Assembly (NCBI GenBank): GCA_964247055.1
Contig: OZ176052.1
Span: forward strand, 3,348,001-3,412,000
Origin: Paragordius varius
Lineage: Eukaryota > Animalia > Nematomorpha
Direction: 5' to 3'
Length of the DNA stretch: 64,000 nucleotides
Positions 25,345 through 39,262 of this stretch are shown here, one piece after another (position 1 is the stretch's first letter; the number at the start of each line of letters is the position of its first letter). The translations under genes and the position numbers were made by a program. The notes beneath the pieces were generated by a model that saw only the letters and a list, made by a program, of their open reading frames with translations, had not been told where the DNA came from and ran no database searches.

Positions 25345-28099
25345 TTTAGGAATAAATTTAAATTCACGATCCTTGTGTTAAAATGTGCATCATACGCTTA
25401 AAGTAAATTTAATATATTGGTGCAATGAACTTTGGAAATCATAACTACTTAATAAATTAAAACTATACATAGTTATAATATCAAAATATGAGACTCATTT
25501 TTATAATTTTATTTTATATATAAATAAGACGATTTAAATGGTATTTATTGCAATAAGAATTACTTCCTAAACATTACCTTTTCACCTTTTTGTCATGCCT
25601 TGACGGCAGGTGGCCGTCGATCTTCCGACACTACAACCTTTACTTGTTTACTTGTCATAGTTTACCTTTTGGGTTGATTTTATTTATCAGAGTTCAATTT
25701 TGTGCATTACAATTTTGAGAGTTAATTTAGTTAAAATTTAATTATCAAACATTCTGATGTATTAGATTAAAAACATATTTTTTACAATTTTGTGACTTCT
25801 GGTGTTTTAAATTGGGACAGCTATAAGCACAATTGAAATAGAGAGCTGACTTAAAGGTTAAAGTTAATTTTAAGCATTTTCTAACCATAATATACATTTT
25901 GTCTGTTGCAATAACGCTTTAAATATTTATAGATGACAAAAAGATTTGTGAATGAGTAATTTTTAAAATTTCACATTTTCCTTAAAGATTAGAATAATGC
26001 GCCAAAAAGATCAAATGAAGCATATTTTTAAATTTATCTTAATACCTTAAATACTTTTTAATATATTCGAATTTCAAATGGCTCTGGAATATTAACCTAT
26101 CCCAAAAGGTATCTATAAATACGATCTGCCAAATTGTGCATTTCATTTTTCTGATAGATTAATTTCAAATTAAAAAGGTTTATGCGCTGATTATCATGTC
26201 ATTTTTACTTGTATTTAGCTTGATCTTTAATTTAATATAAATTGAATATTTATCTTAATTTACCCTAACTAAAGGCTTCATTACAAATCCATTAAATAAA
26301 CACTATATAAGAAATCGTATAGAGGCATTCGATTCACTATTGCGCAATCGGAGTGAATAAAATTATCCTGATCAAATTTTTCTGATTACCGGGATTCTCA
26401 TGGAGCTGTAAATTTTGGACTTAATCTTGGGTACAAGAAAGTTATATTGCCTTTTTTAACTGCTCTATAAAATCGGAATTTCGCCTAACTAAACAAAATT
26501 TTATTGGTAATAGTTAATTGCTTCATGATGATATTAAAATATATAATATCCAATAAAAGCAAACAATATTGTTATATAATTTTTTAGATCCATCCAAAAA
26601 TACCAAATTTCAACCACCAAGTAGATTTAAATAAACGCAAAAATGCCGATTCTCACTAAGATTATTAAATATAGGTTCAATTATGGCAGAAAAAATATTT
26701 TTGAAAAATTGCATACTTTGTTCAAAAATTTAATTTTAGAAATCCCTTTTAAGTGTATTTTGAAAAATACGGTAGAAAAATACTCAAAGATATAATTTGT
26801 ACACTTTTTATATATAACTAATAAATGGTGTTATCACCTCAGATTTTGGTCAAAACATTTTTTCGATTTTAAATTATATATAATGTTACCAATCTCCAAA
26901 TTTGAAGACGAACAGTTTAAATCAAATTTGAGAGATATTTTATCGTCATCGAATAGACTAAAAGTGTTTATGTCTTAAAATTTATACATTTTTATCCATG
27001 TTTAAATACGGTTAATCAAAATTTATGTAATGAATTTATTAGCAAAATATCTTTTTTAATGTCCTAATCTAATATATCTTAACAATTTATAAAAAATGGG
27101 TTTATTACGAGAAAGCCCCATAGAGACAGTCAAATTTTTCAAAAATATAAAAATTATGTTTTCTATAACATAATTTATGATGTAATGATTATATTGGATT
27201 AAAGTATTGATTTCTTTTATTTTGCGATTTTGGATATGGAATAAAATTTTTCTTAAATGACTTGTATGGCCAACCAAGAATACCAAATAATCCAGGTGCA
27301 GTTTATTATCGAAAAATATTAACTCTTCAATATAATATTTTTGTGTGCACTGTGTAATGGAAAATAAAGGGTTAAAAAAGTTTTTATACAGTTTTAAGCC
27401 TGCTTAGACGCACCACAAAAAATTAGCCTTAGCATATTTTGATGATGTAACCCTATAAGGAAAGCTGCTTTTGTCAAAAAAATATCTTGGCAAGAATCAC
27501 GGTTATATAATAAAATTTTAACAATTTTAACAGGTGATAAGGTACTCTTGAAATTATTTTAAAAAAATAAACATTTTCAAAATTTAACAATATTTGTTTT
27601 AAGCTATAAACTTTCATATTCGAAATATGTGTGCTAAATTTGCCATCTTTTATCGGACACACTTGCTAAGTAATTTATTAAAAAGTGTCGAGACTTACTA
27701 AAGAGACAGACTCAAAATACTTATAATCCTTTATAAAAATTTTAAACATAATTTAACTTTATGTATTATTTTTGGCTAATAAGATGGAGAAATATTAAAA
27801 TGCATGTAAAAATCAGATTTTTTACAGATCAAATTTATTACTAAAATTTTAATATTTATGTCGATTAATTTCATTGTCGAATTTGACCAGATCGTCTTTT
27901 TAGATGATGGGCAGTATATAAAAAATCAAGGTTTGGACAAACAAACTAAAAACGTTTTATGCTTTTAACATAGTTACGCAATGTAACAGTTCTATACACA
28001 CATATTAAAAGTCAACTGACATATTCTAATTAGTAGTATGTATAATTTTTTTATGATTTTGCTGTAAAAAACATGAATCAAAAGCTATAGAAAGGATAT

Positions 28100-31000
28100 A
28101 TGAACAATGAATCTGAACCACTATTAAACGATTCCGTTATCGCAACTACAGCTAATTACACCAACAATTTTACTAACATTAGCCTTGACGGCGGTCCGCC
28201 GGGAAAGAAAAAGGCAAAATTTACCAATGGCATCAGCCCAGAACAAATTATTATACTAAATTTAATTAAGAATGGAACATTGGATGAAATAACGAATTAT
28301 TTGAAAGTTTGTTGTCACTTATATTTTCTAAAATCACGGCCCTTGCAACTAAATTCTATAATCAAATTAGTTTTTATATTTATAGGAAAAATCATAAATT
28401 TTTTATATTAGCTTAAATAAAAAATCCCATTTTTGTGTAATAGATTTTAAGCCCTCATGAAAATTGTCAACCCTTATATAAATAATTACAAATAATATAT
28501 GGTCTTCGGATTTAATCTAATGTGTCCATTGCTATTATTAAGCAAATCACAAAAATCGTTAATATTAGATCTATTGCTAACTCTTTCATAATATTTGATT
28601 ATATTTATGATTTTAAAAAAGGATTAAAACCACAAAAACATATTTTTAACAATCATTTAGGTGTCACTTTTAATAATTTAAGTGGCTATTATAGAAGTTA
28701 GGAAATTATTAAAAAAAACTTTTGGTCTAATATTATATGTCGCAGTCTACAAAATATTTTAAGATAATATTAGCAAACGTTTTTAATTTTATTCAATATT
28801 ATTGGATAGAATATAAAAATCTTATAATGTACTGTTAGGATAAATCACTTTTAAAATACTATTATTTGATTATATTCGATATCTTTAGGGTTAAAAATTA
28901 TTTTAATTTTAAGGCCAATCCTGATAATTGCAAATAATAAAAAATATTTGAGATGTGACATTTTAGTTTTCGTACAACTTAGTATTATATTAAAAAAAAT
29001 ATTCCATCAATATTTTTAAAAGAGTAGGGCTAGGTGGAACGGGAACTAGATTAAAATAAATTACACATTTATTATTTACTCAACATTGAAAAATAATTGT
29101 TTGGGTTAAATTTTACTCCCACAACGCTTTCTATTTGCGTCCTTTAGCAAATCTCATTTTTCCATTATTTTTATTGGTGTATGAAATAGTTTGTTATAAT
29201 TTTTTTACGTATTTTAATTATCTATACTAGGCCACAAACATAGAAACTTCGTCCAAAAGTCATATAAATGTCCTTAACTTTTTCGACTGGGAAGGCAATA
29301 CTTTAATTCATCATGCCATTCGCAGAGTGGATGACCCAAGGATATTGCGTAAATTATTGGATCTCGGACTCACATATCAAACCGATTTACTTTTGAAATG
29401 CATAAAATATGGAAATTTGGCCATTCTCAAAATATGTATACAGCATTTAGAGTAAATGCGAGATCATTTATTTAGGATAAATTATATTATTGTAGAAAAA
29501 CAAATCCAAAATTGGAATTCATGCCATGTACCGATACATTAGAGTTTCCGGCCTATATGAACCCACTCATGTTGGCTTGTCTTTTGGGTGCAGATGATAT
29601 TATCAAATATTTGCTTGAAAGAATGCATTATATTGAGAAACCGCATGTAGATCTATGTAATTGTTTTATTTGATAAAAATTAAAATATTTGAATCGTTAT
29701 TTTTTTAAAAATGGGCTGCTTTTTACAATCAAAGCTTGAAGTGACTAATGTAAATGGCTTTGTAAGTTTTGACTCAAAACAATCCGGCGGGCCACATTTT
29801 ACAGATATAGGGGTATTCATAAATAATTTTTTCAAGAGCGGGCGCCATCACGGATTCGTACACCGGGCGCTAGAAATGCAAACTATGCCTCTGATTGGAT
29901 AAACTTATTTGCTTAAGAAATATCGATTCTAATAAGATTCTGTGATATTTTTGCAAACTATAAAATTCCAAATTTTTCGCAGGCCGCAAATAAATTGGTA
30001 TGAAATATTAATGGCAAAAAATATGAATTATATTTTCCTAATACTGATATTCGAAAAGCGCCATGAGCCTGAGAGTCAGTACCGCTTATATATTTTAAAA
30101 AATTATTATATCATACATCTTATCAATTCACTAATTCAGGTAAATGTCAAAAGTGTAAGGAACCAAATCAACATAAATTGGATGCATCGATGGAAAAACT
30201 AAATATTTATCAAAGTTTAACTGATGAAAGTTATCTCTGCCTTACTTCTACGGATCCAATGTTGGAAGCCTTTCTTTTATCCAATGAACTCGATAATTGT
30301 GCAGAAAACGAGCCCGAATTACGTGTATATTAATTTTATTCTAGATGTTGTGCAAATTCTGTTGACTAGTAAACGTTACTAAATTAATTTTTAGGGTAGA
30401 ATCATTAAAGACATAATCCTTACTTGATTAACTTGTTAAGCGTTAATCTTATTATACACTTTTAATTGAACCCTATTTGTTTTAATAAATCCCAACACTA
30501 GGTGTTGACATAAGTCTTTACCGGTTTTTGGCGAAAAATCCGTAATTTTGAAGGGAAATAAAATATTTATTTTATATAATATATTGTTATTCGGCTTCTA
30601 TAAATTTTACCCATGTCTCAGGTAGAACATAAATCAATGCTAGAAAAACCGATAGATATTTGAGGCAAACCATTCGTAGAGCCATTTTCCAATATCTTCG
30701 AAAGATTGAAGGGTTGCCCTGCCAGCATATTCACCATTAATGCGAAGAGGTAGTAGTCATGAGGCCAGGTCAGGAAAGTATAGTTGACGCAGAAAAATTT
30801 CCCATCGAATCGATCTTAAGATGTTTCCTACTCGTTTTTCTGTGTGAGACGGAGGATTGTTCCATATCAAAATAATTTTGCCATGCCCTCAAATCAGTGG
30901 CGGAACTACAAATTGTGGGCCCCTTCCCGCAAGATTATACTGCCCCCCCCCCCCTTCCTCCCAAAAAAATCGTTTGTAATTATCTTTTCACCTGGCGCAT

Positions 31001-34000
31001 CACTTTGATTCGTAAAGAAATATTATATTTAAAAATGATAATATTTACATAACTTGGCATCCCGAGTCTAAAAGTTTTGCGTTCCTGGTATTTTTATATA
31101 AAATGATTAGTACCCACCCACCCTAACCACCGCCAATTCCTTAATTTTAACGTTCATTTTTACAGTATAAAATAATTAAATAACTTATTAAGAGCCTGTA
31201 TTAATTAGAAAATCATGTTTTAAAATTTCGTTTTCTCGATTTTGCGTGGGCAAATTATAATCCTTCATGTATAGAAATTTTTTTGGATAGCGCTTTCCAA
31301 TTCCTCACACCCTTTCTCCAAATGTTCTTACTGTCATTAGAGAACAGCCAGCACGGTCAATAGGCTGCATCCAAAATTATACTGTAACATATCCATGATC
31401 TTTTTGCAAGCCCAGATTTAGTGTTCTTTTTGTAAAAGGTTTCTGAAAAGCAACGATTTTCTTAAAAAGGATCTCTTTTAAAAGAACCGGGGGGACGATG
31501 TGAATTATAAACGATATCAGAATTCGCTTTTCTTCATTTGATAACTCTATATTTATATAATTACCAATATCGGAATTCTCTGAAATCAAACGGCTTAAAC
31601 TACGTTCCACATTAGTATGACTCGAACTATCCAATACATCAACTGTTTTTTGTTTTTCGTGTGAGCTAGCATCAAAAAACACATTTGTCGAATTGGGTTA
31701 TAAAAAATCTGTTATTTTTTTCATTTTTAAAACGCTTATTGCGTTTTCCTTCGCTCTTTTTCGTTTTTGCGCTCCGCTTAAGTTTGGCACTAAGAAATAA
31801 AAATATCACGTAGAATTTAAAATTTTGAAATAAACTTTTTTTCAACTATGCGATTATTGTTAAAAAATTATGCTAATATCCAAAATCTTATAGTTCAGCG
31901 GTCGACAACCTTTCTGTGCGGCCCCCAAGGTAGTGACCATAATATTTTTAAAATGAAACATAAACCACGCGCTGTCACTAACATGGGCATAATTATAAAC
32001 CTATTTAACTATGAAGACTTAATTTTTAATTCATGAATGGGACAGCTTGTTTAGTGAAGCTTTCTCTATTCCCGTCTGCATGCTCACATATTCGTTTTTC
32101 ATATAAACGCATTGTCAACATATGCGCGGAATACAAGCCAACCTAGGAATAGCAGCGGGGAAAAATATAAACTAATTGATAAAAGTTATATTTTCGAAAT
32201 TCGGATAAATCAAGGAACAGGAATCGGTTTTTAAAACAGGAACCAGGTTACGGTTCGAAGGCTTGATAGATTTGTATAAATGTATTGATTAAATGTAATA
32301 TGAATGTGCGGACCGCCAAGATTTTTACATTTTTAGAATGGCCTACTAAAAACAATTGCCGACCTCTTTTTTAGTGTGTGGTGAAAGTTTATGGAAAATT
32401 TTATGTTCTAGAACCAAAAATAAATTTGAAAATAACGTGCATCAAAGGTTAAAAACATTAGAAAAATAATGCACATTAATGTATACCAGCTAACAAATGT
32501 TAACCAATTCACTTTACCATAAAGTATGTGAAATAACAATCATTCTGTAAAATTTTAATGAATTTCATTTACGATGTACGCATTGAAAAACATTCTTTAC
32601 AAAGTTATTGTAATTTCTTATACTTAGATGTAATATGAATTGGCCAACATTGATATGAGTTGGCCTGCATTAAATTGCATATTGTATGATCAAAAAAATT
32701 GAGATTACTTGTTAGAGAATATTGTTGTGATATATGTTTTCTTTTTTCCCTCCTTTTTTTGTTCACTATTAAAACCGCCAGAAATTAATAAAGGAACAAA
32801 AATATCATTATGGCTAACATTTAATGGATAGTAAAAAAATGCATTTTTTGCCCTTTCTTCTTTTAACCCAATACTAAAATTTATACATGAACCCAATTAA
32901 ATTATATAAATTCTTTCATACTACATTTAAACACAAAATATATTATTCTTTATAATTATATTATTGCAAATGAGAATTTAGGTGTAATTATTTTAAAACA
33001 GAGGCATAAAAATTACTGTCTTGTGAATTCTCATAAAACTATAATATATAATTTTTAATACCAAAATAATTTAGAACTTGTAAATTTATAAGCTCCACTT
33101 AATTTTTGGTGCCAGCTATCTATACTCATTTATTTATTTTTAAACTATTTTCACTTTTTTAAGATGTTAACTGGAGAAAATTTAAAGGTGTTAATTAATT
33201 ATCAACTTATAATAAAACCGCATATGGAGATAGCAAAAAATGCATTTTTTGCATTTTCCTTCTTTCAATCAATAACAATTCTTTTTAATCTTTGCCAGTA
33301 TACTTACAATCAGGCAATCATTACTTACATTTCTGCAAATAAAAAAGTGTTTTGATTTTGGACCGCAATGCTCCCCCTAGCTCCCCGTAGTTTCGCCACT
33401 GCTTCAAATCCATTCAGGTTGTTTTTCGATTAATGCATAGTTTAGGTTATTATTTTTTGACTATAACGTTGCGCACTAAGGGTTTCACCAAGCTTCAAAA
33501 GTTCATCATACACAATATCACTCTGGTCTCCGGTCCTAGAGATTTTGGAGTTAAGACCGGCCTGGTAAAATGAAAGCCACGATTGTTTTCGCTTTGGATA
33601 CAAAATAAAGCCAACTCTCATAACCCATCACAATTTGAAGCAAAAATGACTTTCGTTCGTGACGTTGAAGCAGTTATCAAGTCAATTTGTGATTTTCGAT
33701 TTTACATTTACTCAAATTTATGACTCATTTATCAAGTTTATTGGTTTTTGCCACTAATATACCTGTACTAACTGTTTTTGCGTGTTGTGCTTCTGCCAAT
33801 TGGTGTAGGGGCTAAGCGCCCATTCTCATTAGAATCAAAGCTTTTAAAGTCTGTAAATTAATTGATGGAGCATGTTTTCCATATTTCTATCAGCACACGA
33901 TGATTTTCAACGCGCTATTTGTTTTAGGTGAATACCAGAAACAATACTTGCCACAAATGTTATTTTTCAAAAACAAAATGCGGCATGATTATTGAATGAT

Positions 34001-37000
34001 GGAAACAAGAAGCTAGTTTTTGGCGCACTAAACTTATAGGTGCTTGTCGTTTAATTCAGAATAATAAATTGGAGCCTGTGTCAAATAAAGAAATGCAGAC
34101 TTATTCCTGGCGTGTTCTCTCAAAACCGGTAATGACTCATGACTACACCTGGTTAATATAAAATAAAGACTCTTACGGATAATTTTTTATCGGCTTCCCA
34201 ACTTTTAATGTAGCTTACATAAAATTTAATCAGTTCATCCATTCCTTTTCCAATTTTATGGAACTTTAATTATAAAAAAATAAAACCTATATTTCCATGA
34301 AGGATTTAATAAACATGTGGCATAATACATATAGAAAGAATACGAAGAAATAAATGTAAAGGTAAGAACATTTGCTGTCGAATTGCTTTCTGAATGTCTG
34401 AACAGTCAAGAAGCCAAAATAATTCTTAATGAAAAGTACGGCTGCGAAAAAGTTGGAGAGAAAGCACAAGAACACTTTACACGCGTCAAAATTGCTCATG
34501 GTTTGGATCAAAAAGAGGTTTATTAAATAACTATGATTTCATTTTATTTATATATATACTTGAATATCTTAATTATCTCAAATATCATATGGAATTAGTT
34601 GTTTTAAGTGTGTGGATTCCAGATAGCAATTATCAAAATAAACTGATATAATTATAAGTATGATTCGGAGCTCTTGTTTGTCGAGTCCCTTGATAATATA
34701 AAGCGCTTATCGGTCTGCCACTAGCTGATTAAAAATAGGGATCACATTTTAAAATTGATCAAAATTTTATAATATAAAATTAATACAAAAATATTACAAT
34801 ATACATAAAACATTAAATAAAAATATCCATTATTTATAATATAGTTTATTGCGCATTCGATAACCCAAAGATTGCTGCATGTGAAATGGCTGGGAGAATG
34901 GTCAACCAATAAATCTCTTTCGATCACTGCCTACATATTTTTCTGGGTCGTAAAAATCATACTTCTACCATTCATCATATTATCATACTGCCTGCTACCA
35001 AATTTTAGGTAAGTAGTCTCTAACAAATATTGTAATTCAATCTATTTGATATTATATTTAAAGTGGAAGATGGGTTTTGTAATATATTTAAAGAAAATAC
35101 AGTTAAAAAGAGACCATTTTTTATAAAGATTTTCAAAGCAATTGAAGAGCCCAGTTAATAAATTTGTCAGTTATGTGGTATCATACATCATATTTCTCTC
35201 AATGCTGTTTCTACACAGTGAATTCAACGAGAATACACATCGTCATGGTCCACCTAATACAGGTATATAGTTTTCTAAAATAATGGTAATTATTTACCTA
35301 TTACCATGTAATATTTTCTTTTGTATCATATTTACCACATACTCAAAAATTTGCTTGCAAAGTTATTAAACGGTATATATTTTAACGATGATATTATCCC
35401 TGTTAGGACCCCTAATATGGCACAGGACTAAGTTTACTTTACATGTCTGATCGAATGTAGTTTTTTATTTTTAAGTGTTTAATTGTGAATAAAAAATACA
35501 ATGTTCAATTAAAGACGTAACTAATTCAGAGAAAAATCACTTACATGGTGACAGACATGTGAATAAAACTCCTCTGTTCCAATTAAAATACCGAAATGGT
35601 CAATAATCGCCTTCGTTAGAATTCCTGTAATGTAAAGATGAGATCCAAAAAAATACATTTAGGTCTATATGAATGTGCCGTTGTCCCGAGTTAATCCGAT
35701 CATATGAGTAAATGTGCATAAGCCGACTCAAGTAACTCCCATATTTTCCTCCAGTTTTTATTTTGTAATGTGTTGAAATATCTGCAAATAGTTGCTTAAA
35801 ATTTTCTAACCATTTTTACTATTTGCGCCATTAAGTTATTTAGTTTGAGCCGATATAATTTCCCAAAAGGCATATCTCAATGCTAATTCACATGACCCTT
35901 GATTAGCGTTAACAAGGAGGCCGATTTTTTAAAGTTTTTAATAAAAAATGTATATTTATTTCAGGTCTAGAACTGTTTATAATATTTTGGGTGTTTGGAC
36001 TCACGTGGCTGCTAATCAAAACGTTTCTTTTTCAGGGATCCCACAAATTTTTTAGTTTATGGTGGAACTGGTATGTAATGGACAATTCTTTTAATTAACT
36101 TCATAGCTAATTTTTATGTTCAATATATTTATCTAATTATATTTAAAAATATGTTTGTAAGGTATGACATACTTAACCTGATTATGTTTTATTCAACCTT
36201 TATTTTTTGGATACTTTCCTATCGAGAGCTGATTAATAAACATTCCAAAATTGAACGAAAATTTTGGGCCAGTTGGGATCCTACCTTGATTGCTGAAGGG
36301 AATTTTGCCGTCGCTAAGGTGTTAGCTTTCGGAAAACTATTAAATATGTTTCAAATCAACAAATCCCTGGGACCATTGCAGGTATTATTTATGAAATAGG
36401 ATTTCATAGCTAATACTAGGTTTGGGTCTAACCAGTTGTTTTGTGCATTTTTTGCTGAGACTATGATCGCTTATAAAAATAACCAGTCAAAAACTTTAAA
36501 ATGTTTCCTAGGTGATTAATATTAAATTGTGCTATAAAAAAATTAGACCCTATCAAAGCAATCGGGAAACTTTTGGCCATTCCCAGTTTTAATTAATTGT
36601 TATTAGTATAAATGAATTAAACAAAATAATATGAAAGGTTACCATATTAAATTTCAAATATTTTTCATTTGCGGTAAAGATGACCAGGTTTATAAGCGGT
36701 AATACCGGCTATTTTTTAATCTATCCAAACCAGACCATAGCCATTATTTATATATTTTTACATTATATTTATAACTTTCAAATGATAACAAAATTTCATT
36801 AACGTATATATCAATTTTAAAAAAATGGCAATTATAGGTGTCGTTGGGAAGAATGGCCAATGATATGATTATATTTCTTGTCGTGTATTTCTTGGTTTTA
36901 CTATCTTTTGCCACAGGATTAAACCATTTCTATTACTATTATGATGGTATGATCAAATTAGAAACGAATGGATTAAAGAAATATCAAATGTCATCTTTCA

Positions 37001-39262
37001 CAACGTAGTGATATTGGCAATAATTTAATTACTTCTACCTACTAAATATAAATTATTATAATTTATGTGGTTTTTACATTTTAGTGTATTAAAACCAAGA
37101 TATATACAGTGTGCATTTTAATGGTTGCTTATTTCAACTATAGGGCAATTCGCAACACAGTAGTATATAGCAAAACTATAAAATGTTGAATTAACAACAA
37201 AATGTTGAATTAACAATTATTTACTTTCTTTTTTCCATACACTTCTGTGTTGAAAATTACCATCCAATAGTTTGAAATAAGCAACCATTAAAATGCATAT
37301 TGTATGTGTTAAGATGATCCGTTTCATCAAAAAATTTAATAAATAATTTACGGATATAAGAAGCAATCTTAAAGCCGCATGTTACGCTTGGGCAGCGGGT
37401 TAAGTACCACTAAGCTGTGGAAAAAACATTACCCTACTTAATAATAATTTTATTTGATATTACCTTCATTCATCTCAGTTAGTATTATGATTACTTCCTT
37501 CTTACCCTTAAAAATATATTGTTACATTTTTAGACTTTCTCACACATATAAAACCCTTTTTTGGGCACTCTTTGGGATGTCACCTATAGAATCGGCTGAT
37601 GTGGTTATTGGGAACTTTGATGAAACGAATGCCAAGCTTATTGCTGGAGTAACTGAGGCCCATAGTTATACGCAAACCGTTGGTTATCTTCTTTTTGCCC
37701 TTTTCCATCTCATTGCCATCATAATATTCCTAAACATTATGATAGCTATGATGTCTAACTCGTTTCAAAAGGTGCAGGTAATGAGAAAGTCGTTTAAAAG
37801 AACATTATTTGAAAATTATATGATGCATATATAATATGGTTTAATGACATATATTGGTCGTTTTGCAAACAGAATCAAAAGCTAAAAAAATTATTTTCCA
37901 TCCAATGTTTACCTTGTTTTATAAGTTTTCATTTATTAAAATTATGTAATATTGGTTTTTCTGAAAATAATGTACCCCATTTTGGGTTATATATCAATGT
38001 TTTTTGCGGCTAATTTTATCAATTTAGGTAATATATGATAAAAAAATGATACCTATATCGTAACCATTTTAATGAAACTAAATTATTGCGGAACCGAAAT
38101 TATCCAGAGATCTAAAAAATATAATCGATAGGATTATCTTAAAAAATCAATCCTAATTTATTACTGATTTTCCTTTAAATTCCAATTTTAACATTTTATA
38201 TTAATAAATAGGATAATGCAGACGTTGAGTGGAAATTTGCAAGGACTGCAGTTTGGATGAGTTATTTTGAGGATGGTCGAACACTACCACCACCCATAAA
38301 TATGTTACCGTCTATGAAATCTATTATGAAATTACTTACGGTATTCTCTTATGACCCTCTAATCCAGGGGTCACAAATAGCTATGCGGGCCGTATTTTTA
38401 ACTTTTTTCTAGTTGTTCGTTGTCAATTGGATAGACCTATTCAAAAAATTTGTTCAATACATATCAATTTAACTACAATTGCTGGGCATTTTTTTTTTCA
38501 AAATATGGATTTCCAAATATCTAATGTCTTGGATGGCGGCGTGTTAAACAATCCTGCTTAACTAATTAAAAAATATGAAATATTACCTTTTAAATCTCGT
38601 ACTATTTATAGGGGCAAATGTTTCGGAAGAAAAAGGATAAGGGTTCGGGAGGAGCTTTTATAAACGATGATTACCAAGTTTTAATAAATATATTTTCTAG
38701 AAATTAATTACGGTAATTATTGGAAGGTATTCCAGGCGTAAAAACAAGTATTTAATTATATTATAAAGAATTTTCAATCACTTATCAACTAAATCTTTCT
38801 TATGATAAATTTTTTTATGATAATATAAAATTGTTTCCGATATTTTCAAAAAAAATTTAGATGCATATATTATTAAAATATTAGTTATATGAAACAAGCA
38901 ATTCACATATAAATTTATTCGGTAAAACCGATATTTTTGATATAAAAATATTTTAATTGGCGCTAAAAAAATTATTGTTGGGTAATTACTTATAATATAT
39001 CGTTTATTTGCTTATTTTCTAAAAAATAAATTATTGACATACCTTATTAAATCGTTAATGCTTAAAATATCGACATCAGTTATTATATATATAATATATA
39101 TATATATATAATGACTCTAATTTTTATATGCCATATAGAGATATATTGGGACCAACATTTCAATCAAATGCAAATTCTGACGCAACTTATTCCATTTTAG
39201 CCCCAGAAAAAGTATTTACTAGCGATGAATCAAGCACAGAAATATTGATTTTGTCAACCTAA
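28100..39262 (+). CDS. TRPC: TRPC-family (canonical transient receptor potential) cation channel, 15 coding exons, about 785 aa
   Basis: Exons: 28100-28306, 29231-29451, 29496-29656, 30140-30324, 34335-34517, 34845-35008, 35129-35262, 35965-36070, 36162-36381, 36838-37004, 37534-37777, 38212-38340, 38612-38677, 38701-38747, 39139-39262. Features: ankyrin repeats; Zn motif KPHVDL|CKCQKC; [13 protein letters not shown]; FAVELLSEC; [11 protein letters not shown]; six TM segments; S4-S5 LGPLQ|VSLGRM; pore LFWALFG; [17 protein letters not shown]; TRP box EWKFAR; [11 protein letters not shown]; rib helix YQ|[10 protein letters not shown]. Confidence 0.95.
30895..33401 (-). mobile_element. Internally deleted hAT element with a TTF-type zinc-finger transposase remnant
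   Basis: TIRs CAGTGGCGGAACTAC / GTAGTTTCGCCACTG; 8-bp TSD CCTCAAAT / CTTCAAAT (7/8). The minus-strand remnant at about 31680-31260 ([27 protein letters not shown]) resembles the hAT N-terminal ZnF_TTF. Confidence 0.85.
31896..32368. mobile_element. hAT-type MITE nested in the hAT element
   Basis: Ends CAGCGGTCGACAACC and ATTGCCGACCTCT, with internal GCGGCCC/GCGGACCG motifs typical of hAT (Charlie-like) MITEs. Confidence 0.6.
37107..37302. mobile_element. Tc1/mariner-type MITE in a TRPC intron
   Basis: About 35-bp TIRs CAGTGTGCATTTTAATGGTTGCTTATTTCAA / TTGAAATAAGCAACCATTAAAATGCATATTG, flanked by TA on both sides. Confidence 0.85.
38678..38700 (+). other. 23-nt GT-AG micro-intron (TRPC intron 13)
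   Basis: GTTTTAATAAATATATTTTCTAG. The unspliced frame reads GTT TTA ATA AAT ATA TTT TCT AGA AAT TAA (stop). Removal gives DDYQ|[10 protein letters not shown], matching the TRPC YQKVMKRLIKRY helix. Confidence 0.85.

Larger units (their letters stand above)
30498..34152 (-). mobile_element. Decayed Mos1-like (mauritiana-type) mariner transposon split by a hAT insertion
   Basis: 30-bp TIRs: CTAGGTGTTGACATAAGTCTTTACCGGTTTT (30498) and the reverse complement of CCAGGTGTAGTCATGAGTCATTACCGGTTTT (ending 34152). Minus-strand remnants [78 protein letters not shown] and LPETW align to Mos1 transposase motifs, with stops and frameshifts. About 1.14 kb remains once the hAT is removed. Confidence 0.85.

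Noticed and set aside
29711-30202. ORFs 29711-29902 and 29942-30202 (and similar AT-rich ORFs such as 208-438, 9468-9776, 22639-22872, 27056-27286, 46212-46544)
   Set aside because: They lie in introns, intergenic DNA or MITEs, are F/L/I/K/N-biased, and show no recognisable homology.
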